64,000 nucleotides of DNA from Trueperaceae bacterium (GTDB lineage Bacteria; Deinococcota; Deinococci; Deinococcales; Trueperaceae). The notes beneath the pieces are model-generated. The model saw nothing but the letters and a program-made list of their open reading frames with translations. It was not told the DNA's origin and made no database searches. Each line of letters starts with the position of its first letter. Position 1 is the stretch's first letter. Location: the NCBI GenBank assembly GCA_034521815.1, contig JAXHLW010000013.1, forward strand, positions 224,001 to 288,000, given 5' to 3'. A program made the position numbers and the translations under genes. This document shows, piece after piece, positions 47,486 to 57,724 of the stretch.

Positions 47486-48436
47486 TCAGTCGTCCAGGAT
47501 CGATGCGATCCGCTGGGTCGCGTCGGACGACAGGGTGAGGTCGCCGGCCGCGAGGTTCTCCTCGATCTGCTGGACCTTGGTCGCGCCGGTGATGACCGAC
47601 GACACGCCCGGCTGACGAAGCACCCACGCCAGCGCCAGCTGCGCACGGCTGACGCCCAGGTCGTCCGCGACGTCGCGCAGGGCGATGACCTTGCGGCGGT
47701 TCTCCTCGGTCAGGAAGCGCGACGCCATGGACTCGTCCGCGGCGAAGCGGCTGCCCTCGGGAATCCCGTCGTCGTACTTTCCGGTCAACATCCCTTGCGC
47801 CAGCGGGCTCCACACCACCAGGCCGACGCCCTTGGGCTCCGTCACCGGCAGGATCTGCTCCTCGACCCGCTGCCGGTGCAGCATCGAGTAGTGCGGCTGC
47901 TCGACCACCGGGGCGACGAGCCCGTGCGCTTCGGCGTAGGTGTGGGCCTCGGCGATCTGGGCGGCGGACCACTCGCTGGTGCCCCAGTAGTGCGCCCGGC
48001 CGCTGCGGACGATGTCGCTGAACGTCTCGACGATCTCGGGCATCGGCGTCTCGGGGTCGTGCCGATGCGCGAAGTAGATGTCGAGGTAGTCCTCGTCCAT
48101 CCTGTCCAGCGACCGGTCGATCGACTCCATGACGTGCTTGCGTGACAGCCCGCGATCGTTGACGTCGTCCGACATCGGCCAGAACACCTTGCTGGACAGC
48201 ACCAACGTGTGGCGGGGAGCGCCGATGTCGTGGAGCACGCCGGTCATGAAGCGCTCCCCTTCGCCGCGCGCGTAGATGTCGGCGTTGTCGAAGAAGTTGA
48301 CCCCGCCCTCCAGCGCCTTCTCGACGATCTCCGTGATGAGCTTCCGATCCTGGACGCTGTCTCCGTACGTGGTCCAGGCGCCCAGGCTGACCTGCGACAC
48401 CTTGAGTCCGCTGTTTCCGAGTCTGCGATAGTCCAT
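47486..48436 (-). CDS. Aldo/keto reductase (Kv-beta/Tas-like)
   Basis: LGNSGLKVS, FDNADIY, YWGTSEW and WSPLAQG. Confidence 0.93.
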   Translation of the reverse strand: MDYRRLGNSGLKVSQVSLGAWTTYGDSVQDRKLITEIVEKALEGGVNFFDNADIYARGEGERFMTGVLHDIGAPRHTLVLSSKVFWPMSDDVNDRGLSRKHVMESIDRSLDRMDEDYLDIYFAHRHDPETPMPEIVETFSDIVRSGRAHYWGTSEWSAAQIAEAHTYAEAHGLVAPVVEQPHYSMLHRQRVEEQILPVTEPKGVGLVVWSPLAQGMLTGKYDDGIPEGSRFAADESMASRFLTEENRRKVIALRDVADDLGVSRAQLALAWVLRQPGVSSVITGATKVQQIEENLAAGDLTLSSDATQRIASILDD

Positions 48437-48515
48437 CGATGGCCTCCGGTGCGAGCGTACCGCTCCGGAGCGGGAGTCCGGCGTCGCGCCGCGGGCGTGC
48501 GGCTATCATCGCCGC

Positions 48516-50089
<1,574 letters not shown>

Positions 50090-50102
<13 letters not shown>

Positions 50103-51106
50103 CGGCCGGACCGGGATCGCGGCCGGCGTCGCGAGGCCGGCTCGCCGTGCGGACCGACCTCCCGTAGCGCCTCGTGGACCACGGTGACGATCGTGTCCAC
50201 GGTGGCGCGCTGGTGCGATCGGCCGTCGGGGAGGTGCATCTCGTCGTCGAGGTAGCCGGCGCGGCCGGTGTGGTCCATCGAGCCGAGATCGACGACCTCG
50301 ATCCGCCCGTCGGCCTTCAGCCGGTTCCAGGTCGACCAGCGCACCCACGGCCAACGGCCGGGGAAGAACGCCGCGCCGATCCTGGCCACGACGTCGTTCT
50401 GGCCCCGAATGTGGACCATCTTCGCCAATCCGTCGGGGCTCCTCGGACTGGCCATGACGCCGCCCAGCGAGACGACGTGGGCGGGCCGGCCGATCCGCGC
50501 CGCCAACGGAGCCGCCGCGCCCATCGCGATCTGCCCCCCGCCGCTGTAGCCCACGAGCACCACCGGCGCGTCCGACCCGGGGCGGTAGCCGTCGCGCGCG
50601 AGCGCACCGAGGACGAGGTCGGCGGTGCCTTCGTCGTACATCGGGCCGTAGCGGCGGTCGGTCGAGACGGCGACCTGCCAGGCGTTGCGGAGGTTGATCA
50701 GCATGCCCGCGACGCCCGCGAGCTGCCGCCGGCTCATCTTGCCGGCCAGCGCCCAGCGCCAGAAACGCGCGAAAAGTCGCTGCCCGGTGAGAGCCCGGTT
50801 CGTCACGGAGTAGGGGAACACCTCGATGACGTGCACGTTCGGCAGCTCGGCCTGGAGGCTCCGTAGGAAGGCCCGCTCCCTCGGTGCGAACGTCGCTCCA
50901 CCGACGGAGTGGACGCCCGAGAGGAACACGAGCCAGCCAGCCGGTGGCGGGTCGACCGGCTCGTTGGGCGGCATCGGCTCGCTCTCGGTGCCGTACCAGC
51001 CCGCCCACCAGCCCAGCGCCTCGAGCGGGGCGAGCAGACCGGCGACGAGCATCGCCGCGACGGCCGCCAGCGCCAGCGTGCCCAGGTCCGGCAGCGGCAG
51101 CGTCAC
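50090..51106 (-). CDS. Membrane-anchored alpha/beta-hydrolase-like protein
   Basis: APLEALGWWAGWY; GYSGGGQ nucleophile elbow; late His..Y. Confidence 0.7.
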
Positions 51107-51702
51107 GGCTGGCGCTCCCGAGCACGCGGACCGGCACGGCCCGCGACCCGTTCGCGGATGCGGCGCGTGGCGGCCACGACCGGACGGCCCACCGTCCGGG
51201 ACAGCAGCTCGGTCACGATCCATGCGGCTCCCAACGCGACGAGCGCCTCGGGCAGGGTGAAGCCGAACGTCGCGCGGGCACCGACGGCCAGCGCCAGGAA
51301 CGTCCATACCGTCAGCGCGACGCCGATGCCCGAGCCGAAGTAGGGCGTGAGCACCACGAATCCGAGAAGGCGCGGGGCGTGCGCCAGCCCGACGATCTTG
51401 ATCACGGCGGCGAACGGGGCAGGATGCCCGAACGCCACCGTTCCCGCCGTCGTCAACGCTCCGGCCCAGACGCCGACCGAAGCTGCGAAGATCGCGGTGC
51501 CCAGACCGATGCTCAGGACGAATCGCCACGGGGGGACGCGGTTCGCGACCAGCGCGACGCTCTGGCCCAGCACGTGCGACAGGCCCGATCCGACCAGGAC
51601 GAGGATCGCGATGCGCAGGCCGTGCGGATGGTTCACGACGTTCGTGAACGCCGCGGGATCCAGGCGGAGGGCGCCGGCGACGAGAGCCCAGAGACCGTCC
51701 AC
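51103..51702 (-). CDS. Yip1-like membrane protein
   Basis: About 5 TMs; GQSVALVANRV and GLAHAP. Confidence 0.65.
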   Translation of the reverse strand: MDGLWALVAGALRLDPAAFTNVVNHPHGLRIAILVLVGSGLSHVLGQSVALVANRVPPWRFVLSIGLGTAIFAASVGVWAGALTTAGTVAFGHPAPFAAVIKIVGLAHAPRLLGFVVLTPYFGSGIGVALTVWTFLALAVGARATFGFTLPEALVALGAAWIVTELLSRTVGRPVVAATRRIRERVAGRAGPRARERQP

Positions 51703-51703
51703 G

Positions 51704-52900
51704 TCAGTGGACGTGGGCGTGGTCGAGCTCGCCCGGCGCGATAGGGAGACGATCGCCTCGGAACATGAACGCCGCGATCAGGGTCGTGACCGGTACGGCG
51801 AGGATGAGGCCGATCGAGCCGACCAGGGTGTGGACCACCTCGGCCGCGATGAGCTCCAGGTTGACGGCGCGGGCGAAGCCGATCTCGCCCTGCCCGAGCA
51901 GCACCAGGAGCGGTAGCGCGGCTCCGGTGTAGGCGAGCACGAGGGTGTTCACGAGCGATCCGATGTGGTCCAGTCCCACGTTCATGCCGCGGCGGTAGAG
52001 CGTGCGGACGTCCCAGTCCGGATCGGCGTGCGCCAGCTCGCGCACGACCGCCGCTTGGACGATGGTGATGTCGGTCAGCGCTCCGAGGGCGCCGATCATC
52101 AGCCCGGCCAGCATCAGGCCACGCAGCGCGATGTTCGGCGCCGTGGCGGCGATCATCGCGGCGTCCTCGCTGCCGAACCCGGTGAGGTGCGCCAGGTCGG
52201 TGAACACGATCCCGAGCAGCATCGTGACGACGGCCGCCAGGAAGGTGCCGATCAGGGCGGCCGTGGTGGACCAGCTGACGCCGTGGACGAAGTAGATCGC
52301 GAGGATCAGAATGGCGCTGACGCCCAGCAGCGAGATCGGCACCGGGTGGTCGCCGGCGACGATGCGCGGAACGACGAACCCGATCACGATCGCCAGGCTC
52401 GCGCCGGTCGCCAGGAACGCTCGCAGGCCTTTGAACCGTGCCACGGCGACCGACACCAGCAGGAACAGGCCGACGAGCCAGCCGAGCGCGGGGCGTCGCA
52501 CCCAGTCGGCCACCACGTGCACACGCTCACCGCTCGGTCCGGGACTGTAGTACACCTCGACCCGGTCGCCCACCTCGAACGCCGGCAGCTCGTAGCCGGC
52601 CATCGGGTCCTGGCCCGGAAGGCGCGCCTCGATCACGCGTCCGGTCGACAGCTCCACCAGCGCCGTCCCCGATCCGTTCCCCTGGTCGACCAGGGTACGG
52701 ATCGTGCCATCGACCCAGCCGATCGCGGACGCATCGTCCATCGGCGCGCCGGGCGACTGCGCCGTCGCCACGCTCGCCAGCACGATCGCCAGCACGATCG
52801 CCAGCACGCCGAGCAGCAGTCGTGTCAGACGCCGACGCGGGCGACGAGCCGCGCCGTGCGAAGCGTCACGGGGCGCTTCGCCCGAACGCCCGGTGCTCAC
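51704..52900 (-). CDS. YibE/F family membrane protein
   Basis: IGALGALTDIT, DHIGSLVNTLVLAYTG and GSIGLILAVP. Confidence 0.88.
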   Translation of the reverse strand: MSTGRSGEAPRDASHGAARRPRRRLTRLLLGVLAIVLAIVLASVATAQSPGAPMDDASAIGWVDGTIRTLVDQGNGSGTALVELSTGRVIEARLPGQDPMAGYELPAFEVGDRVEVYYSPGPSGERVHVVADWVRRPALGWLVGLFLLVSVAVARFKGLRAFLATGASLAIVIGFVVPRIVAGDHPVPISLLGVSAILILAIYFVHGVSWSTTAALIGTFLAAVVTMLLGIVFTDLAHLTGFGSEDAAMIAATAPNIALRGLMLAGLMIGALGALTDITIVQAAVVRELAHADPDWDVRTLYRRGMNVGLDHIGSLVNTLVLAYTGAALPLLVLLGQGEIGFARAVNLELIAAEVVHTLVGSIGLILAVPVTTLIAAFMFRGDRLPIAPGELDHAHVH

Positions 52901-53304
52901 GAAGGCGGCGTCGGCGCGTCGGAGCGGTGCTGGCACCGCTCGCACAGGCCGTACAGCGTGAGGGCGTGGTCCTCGACGCGGAAGCCGCCAGGCAGGGTGA
53001 CGCCTTCGAGGATCGAGACGGGACAGTCGGCCTCGAGCTCGAACACCCCCTGGCAGGCACGGCAGATGAAGTGGTGATGGTGACCGCGTCCGGACGGCTC
53101 GTAGCGGGTCGCGTCGTCCGGCAGGTGGACCGCGACGACGGTGCCGGCTTCCTCGAGCCGAGCCAGGTTCCGGTACACCGTAGCCAGTCCGAGGCTGCTC
53201 TGCTCCTGCCTGGCCGCGTCGTGCACCTGGTGCGGCGTGAGCGGCCCCTCGGCATCGTGCAGCGCCCTCAGGATCGCGCGTCGCTGGCTGGTTCGGCGAG
53301 TCAT
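52897..53304 (-). CDS. Fur-family regulator (probably Zur)
   Basis: TSQRRAIL, GLATVYRNL, HHHHFICRAC and GLCERC; next to znuACB. Confidence 0.88.
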   Translation of the reverse strand: MTRRTSQRRAILRALHDAEGPLTPHQVHDAARQEQSSLGLATVYRNLARLEEAGTVVAVHLPDDATRYEPSGRGHHHHFICRACQGVFELEADCPVSILEGVTLPGGFRVEDHALTLYGLCERCQHRSDAPTPPS

Positions 53305-53331
53305 CGTCGGCAAGTCTACCGGCCGGTGAGG

Positions 53332-53700
53332 TCAGGCGTCGTCGCTGACCGAGCGGCCCAGCATCGGTCCGAGGGGGCGGCCTCCCAGCAGATGGACGTG
53401 CAGGTGATCGACTTCCTGGCCGCCGTGCTCCTTGCAGTTCACGATCAGGCGGTAGCCGTCGTCGGCCAGGCCTTCGGCCTCGGCGATGCGGCGCGCCACC
53501 GTGAACAGCCGTCCCAGCATGGGCTCGTGGACCGGCTCGACGTCCGCGGCGGTGGGGACGGGCTCGTTCGGCACGATCAGGACGTGCACCGGGGCTTGGG
53601 GCGCGATGTCGCGGAAGGCGGTCACGAGGTCGTCCTGGTAGACGACGTCGGCCGAGACCTCGCCACGCACGATCCGTTCGAACAGCGTCTCGTCGCTCAT
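53332..53700 (-). CDS. Histidine triad (HIT/HinT) protein
   Basis: [13 protein letters not shown] and [14 protein letters not shown]. Confidence 0.93.
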   Translation of the reverse strand: MSDETLFERIVRGEVSADVVYQDDLVTAFRDIAPQAPVHVLIVPNEPVPTAADVEPVHEPMLGRLFTVARRIAEAEGLADDGYRLIVNCKEHGGQEVDHLHVHLLGGRPLGPMLGRSVSDDA

Positions 53701-53704
53701 GGCC

Positions 53705-54235
53705 TCAGTCCACGGACGCCGCGACCAGCTCGCGCATCGTGAACAGCGCTGCGAGCTCGACGCCCGCCGCCGCCAGCGCTTCGGGTCCGCCGGCCTGACG
53801 GTCGATGACGCACAGGGCCTTCTCCACGATCGCTCCACGCTCGCGGAGGTCGTGGGTCGAGGCCAGCAGCTGGCCGCCCGAGGTCACGACGTCCTCGACG
53901 ATCAGGAGTCGCTTTCCCTCGACGGGGCCGCCCTCGGCCAGCTTGCAGGTGCCGTACGTCTTGGCCTCCTTGCGAACGAACAGGGCAGGCAGGCCGGTAC
54001 GCTGCGAGAGGATCACGGCCAGGGGGATGCCGCCGGTCTCGAGTCCAGCGAGAGCGTCGGCTCCATCGGGCACGAGCGGGGCCAGCGCGTCCCCGATCTC
54101 GGCCAGGAGTCGCGGGTCCGATTCGAACAGGTACTTGTCGAAGTACTCGTGGCTGACGGCGCCGCTGCGAAGCACGAAACGGCCGGTGAGGTGGGAGGCG
54201 CGATGGATCTCGCGGGCGAGCCGGGTCCGGTCCAT
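53705..54235 (-). CDS. pyrE: Orotate phosphoribosyltransferase
   Basis: FVLRSG..S..YFD, RKEAK.YG and VEDVVTSG. Confidence 0.9.
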   Translation of the reverse strand: MDRTRLAREIHRASHLTGRFVLRSGAVSHEYFDKYLFESDPRLLAEIGDALAPLVPDGADALAGLETGGIPLAVILSQRTGLPALFVRKEAKTYGTCKLAEGGPVEGKRLLIVEDVVTSGGQLLASTHDLRERGAIVEKALCVIDRQAGGPEALAAAGVELAALFTMRELVAASVD

Positions 54236-54433
54236 GACCGTATGCTACCGCCGCCGCGTTGCCCGAGACCTCGCCAACCTGCGCCGATGTGCTATACTCA
54301 CGCGTTCCCTGCCGGAGCGACGCGCGTCGTCGCGGATCCGGCCGACGCCCACGCGACGCCCACGGTTCGCCTCGGTGGGCGATTTCGATCGACACGTCTC
54401 GGCGCCGACGGTGCCGGAGCGCAGGAGGAGAGC

Positions 54434-54676
54434 ATGCCGCGAGTTTGTGCCGTCACCGGCAAGAAGACCCGGAGCACCACGACCAGCAAGCGCAAGGGGT
54501 CGCCGAAGAAGCGTGGCGGCGTCGGCGTCAAGCAGGTCGGGGTCCACAAGCGTCAGATCAAGCCGAACCTGCAGAAGCGCACGATCTGGGTCGACGGCGC
54601 GCCACAGAAGGTGTGGCTCTCGGTCAAGGCGATGCGCACCATGGATCCGACGCTGTTCATGAACCCGCACAAGTAG
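54434..54676 (+). CDS. rpmB: 50S ribosomal protein L28
   Basis: MPRVCAVTGKK..GGVG..KR..KPNLQK..WLS..AMRT; AGGAGGAG RBS; TATACT -10 at 54293-54298. Confidence 0.88.
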   Translation: MPRVCAVTGKKTRSTTTSKRKGSPKKRGGVGVKQVGVHKRQIKPNLQKRTIWVDGAPQKVWLSVKAMRTMDPTLFMNPHK

Positions 54677-54732
54677 CCGCAGGCAGCGAGCCTCGTCGCC
54701 CGGGCAGGGCGGCGACGTCCGTGCCCCAAGTG

Positions 54733-54764
54733 CGACGCTCGGCCCTGTTCGGGGCCGAGCGTCG
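54733..54764 (+). terminator. Hairpin downstream of rpmB
   Basis: CGACGCTCGGCCCT-GTTC-GGGGCCGAGCGTCG followed by TTCGT. Confidence 0.55.
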
Positions 54765-54889
54765 TTCGTGGCGTGGTCCGTGTCGGAGCTCGTCATATCC
54801 GTTTCATGACAGCGCGATCTCGATACTGGTCGTGTAGCGACGGTCGTGCACGCCGGCCCGATGGAAGCTGGACATGATTCTGGCTGTAC

Positions 54890-54944
54890 TTGTGTTCGCT
54901 CGCGGTGGTGGGTACAATCGCCAAATGATGAAAATGCATTCTCA
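54890..54944 (+). promoter_or_regulatory. znuA promoter with overlapping Zur/Fur-like operator
   Basis: TTGTGT-17 nt-TACAAT (54913-54918); palindrome TGAAAATGCATTCTCA at 54929-54944. Confidence 0.65.
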
Positions 54945-55989
54945 ACAAGCCGACGGGTTCCGCCTCCTCGCCCTCCGCGGGCGCACGCTCCTGACGACGG
55001 CGATCCTCGTGGTCCTGGGCCTCGCGGTCAGCGCCCACGCCCAGCCTCGCGTGGTGGTGTCGATCGAGCCGTACCGCGACGCGGTCCAGCGCCTTCTGGG
55101 CGACGACGCCACCGTGGAGGTGCTGCTTCCGCCCGGGGCCAGCCCGCACGCCTACGATCCGACGCCGCGGCAGGTGGCGGGCCTCGCGGACGCCGACCTG
55201 GTGATCGTGAACGGCGGTCTGGACGGGTGGGTACTCGCGATGGTCGACGCGCTCGGCGGGGACGTGCCGGTGTTCGTCGCGATCGAGTCGTTGCCGCTGA
55301 GCGAGCTGGTCGCGGGTGATCACGAGCACGATCACGACCACGCCGACGACGAGCAGCGGCGACGAGCCGACGAAGACCACGCGGACGAAGAGCACGCCGA
55401 CGAAGAGCACGCCGACGAAGAGCACGCGGAGGAGGACCGTGCCGACGTGCCCGCCAGCTACGGCGACGTCAATCCGCACGTCTGGCTCGATCCGGGACAC
55501 ATGCGCACGATCGTCGCCGCGATCGCCGAGCGCCTGAGCGAGCTCGATCCGGCGCGCGCGGACGCCATCGCCCAGCGGTCCGCGACGTACCTGGCCGAGC
55601 TGGATGCGCTGGACACCGAGATCGCTCGCACGCTCGCGCCCGTCGCGGGTGCCCCGTTCGTCCCGTTCCACGACGCTTGGCCGTACTTCGCCGCGCACTT
55701 CGGGCTGGATCTGATCGTCGAGATCGAGCCGTTCCCCGGACGCGAGCCCACCGCCCGTGAGCTCGCCGATGCGATCGACACGATCCAGCGGGCCGGAGCG
55801 GCAGCCGTGTTCTCCGAGGTCCAGCTCGCGGAGCGCGCCGCACGCGTCCTCGCGGACGAGGCCGGCGTCCGTCTGGGCGTGCTGGACCCCATCGGTGGCG
55901 CGCCGGGGCGGCGAAGCTACGCCGAGCTGCTGCGCTACAATGCCGCCGTGATCCTGGAGGCGCTCCGACCCGACGCCGACCGACCTTGA
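54925..55989 (+). CDS. znuA: Zn ABC transporter substrate-binding protein with His/acidic loop
   Basis: SPHAYDP, (ADEEH)n loop, NPHVWLDP and HDAWPYF. Confidence 0.88.
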   Translation: MMKMHSQQADGFRLLALRGRTLLTTAILVVLGLAVSAHAQPRVVVSIEPYRDAVQRLLGDDATVEVLLPPGASPHAYDPTPRQVAGLADADLVIVNGGLDGWVLAMVDALGGDVPVFVAIESLPLSELVAGDHEHDHDHADDEQRRRADEDHADEEHADEEHADEEHAEEDRADVPASYGDVNPHVWLDPGHMRTIVAAIAERLSELDPARADAIAQRSATYLAELDALDTEIARTLAPVAGAPFVPFHDAWPYFAAHFGLDLIVEIEPFPGREPTARELADAIDTIQRAGAAAVFSEVQLAERAARVLADEAGVRLGVLDPIGGAPGRRSYAELLRYNAAVILEALRPDADRP

Positions 55990-56063
55990 CGTCGAACGGG
56001 CGCTCGGTTCCAGGCCCGCCGTTCGGCACGGCCAGCCCGAGCGAGCCGCCGATGGAGGACGCC

Positions 56064-56804
56064 ATGAGCACGTCCCCAGCCCTTCGCTTGCGCCACGTCA
56101 CGGTACGGCGTGGCGACGTGGAGATCCTTCGCGACATCGACCTGGACCTGGGCGAGCGACGCTTTCTGGCGATCATCGGACCCAACGGCGCGGGCAAGTC
56201 CACCCTCGTGAAGGTGCTGCTGGGACTCGTCGAGCCGGACCGCGGCGAAGCGCTCCTGTTCGGGCGTCCCGCCGGGAGCGATCCCGTTCGGATCGGCTAC
56301 GTCCCTCAGCTCAAGACGTTCGATCGCTCGTTTCCCGCCACGGCGCTGGAGCTGGTCGTGTCGGGGCTCAGGCGTGCCTGGCCGGGACGCGTGAGCCGGC
56401 ACGAGCACGACGTGGCGTGCGAAGCGCTGGAGCGGGTCGGGGCGGGACGACTCACGGACCGCCCCCTGGCGCGGCTCTCTGGAGGCGAGCTCCAACGGGC
56501 CTACCTGGCCCGTGCGCTGGTCCGCCGGCCCGATCTGGTGATCCTGGACGAGCCCGCCACCGGCGTCGACTTCCTGGCCGAACACGACCTGAACCGGCTG
56601 CTCGAGGGGTACCAGAGCGACGCCGACGCCACGGTCGTGATGGTGACCCACGACCTCGCCGCCGCTCGGCATCACGCGACCGACGTGCTCGTGCTGAACC
56701 GCGTGGTGATCGGCTTCGGACCGCCGGAGCGAGCCCTGGCCGGCGACTGTCTGGAGCGCGCCTACGGGCACGTGGGCCACGGGCACGGCCTGGTCGTGCC
56801 GTGA
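56064..56804 (+). CDS. znuC: Metal ABC transporter ATPase
   Basis: GPNGAGKST, GYVPQ, LSGGELQR and LDEPATGVD. Confidence 0.88.
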   Translation: MSTSPALRLRHVTVRRGDVEILRDIDLDLGERRFLAIIGPNGAGKSTLVKVLLGLVEPDRGEALLFGRPAGSDPVRIGYVPQLKTFDRSFPATALELVVSGLRRAWPGRVSRHEHDVACEALERVGAGRLTDRPLARLSGGELQRAYLARALVRRPDLVILDEPATGVDFLAEHDLNRLLEGYQSDADATVVMVTHDLAAARHHATDVLVLNRVVIGFGPPERALAGDCLERAYGHVGHGHGLVVP

Positions 56805-57643
56805 TCGCGGAGCTGTCCGGCATGCTGGACTACGCGTTCATGCAACGCGCTCTGCTGGGGGGCGTCGCCATCGCGACCATGACGGGCTTGCTGGGCGTCT
56901 TCGTGGTGCAGCGCGGACTGGCGTTCCTGGGCGACGGCTTGGCGCACGCCTCGTTCGGGGGGATCGCGCTGGGCGCGCTGGTCGCCTACGGCACCTCGGG
57001 CAGCGGCGTGCTGTCGCAGCCGCTCTGGGTGGCGCTGCCGTTCACGATGGCTGCGGCGCTCGCGATCGCCTGGGTGAGCGATCGCACCGAGCTGTCCAGC
57101 GACACGGCGATCGGCGTGTTCTTCGCCGTCTCGGTCGCCCTGGGCGTCCTGTTCCTCTCCCGCATCCCGCCCGACCGGAACGTCGTCGACGTCTGGCACC
57201 TGCTGTTCGGCTCGATCCTCGCGGTCGGACCGGGCGACCTCACCATCATCGTCGTGACCGCGGCCGTGGTGGTCGGCCTCCTCGCCGCGGCCTGGGGCCG
57301 CCTGGCGTACGCCACCTTCGACGCCGAGCTCGCGGCGAGCGACGGCGTTCCGGTCCGAGCTCTCGACTACGCACTGTTCGCGGTCGCCGCGGTCGCCGTC
57401 GTCGTCAGCGCTCAAGTCGTGGGCGTCGTGCTGATGGCCGCGTACCTGGTGATTCCCGCCGCCGCGGCGCGACTGCTGGCGCCCACCTTGTCCGCCATGA
57501 CGTTCGGTGCGATCGCGATCGGGGTGACGACCACCTTGGCCGGCCTGGTGGCCTCGTTCTTCGCCGACGTACCGAGCGGCTCGGCGATCATCCTGCTGCA
57601 GGCCGCGGTCTTCCTCGTCGCGACGGTCGCCGCTCGTCGCTGA
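56801..57643 (+). CDS. znuB: Metal ABC transporter permease
   Basis: FMQRALL, GDGLAHASFGG, LFGSIL and IPAAAA. Confidence 0.88.
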   Translation: MIAELSGMLDYAFMQRALLGGVAIATMTGLLGVFVVQRGLAFLGDGLAHASFGGIALGALVAYGTSGSGVLSQPLWVALPFTMAAALAIAWVSDRTELSSDTAIGVFFAVSVALGVLFLSRIPPDRNVVDVWHLLFGSILAVGPGDLTIIVVTAAVVVGLLAAAWGRLAYATFDAELAASDGVPVRALDYALFAVAAVAVVVSAQVVGVVLMAAYLVIPAAAARLLAPTLSAMTFGAIAIGVTTTLAGLVASFFADVPSGSAIILLQAAVFLVATVAARR

Positions 57644-57724
57644 CGCTTGGTCGTGACGAACGCCTGAGCGATCGACAGATCGCCGTGGCGCGTCGCTCAG
57701 CGCCACGGCGCGAGGCCGCTTCGC

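Noticed and set aside
55351-55366. Odd QRRR stretch inside the acidic/His loop of ZnuA
   Set aside because: Could be a local compensated indel, but the frame is intact and this is untestable without reads
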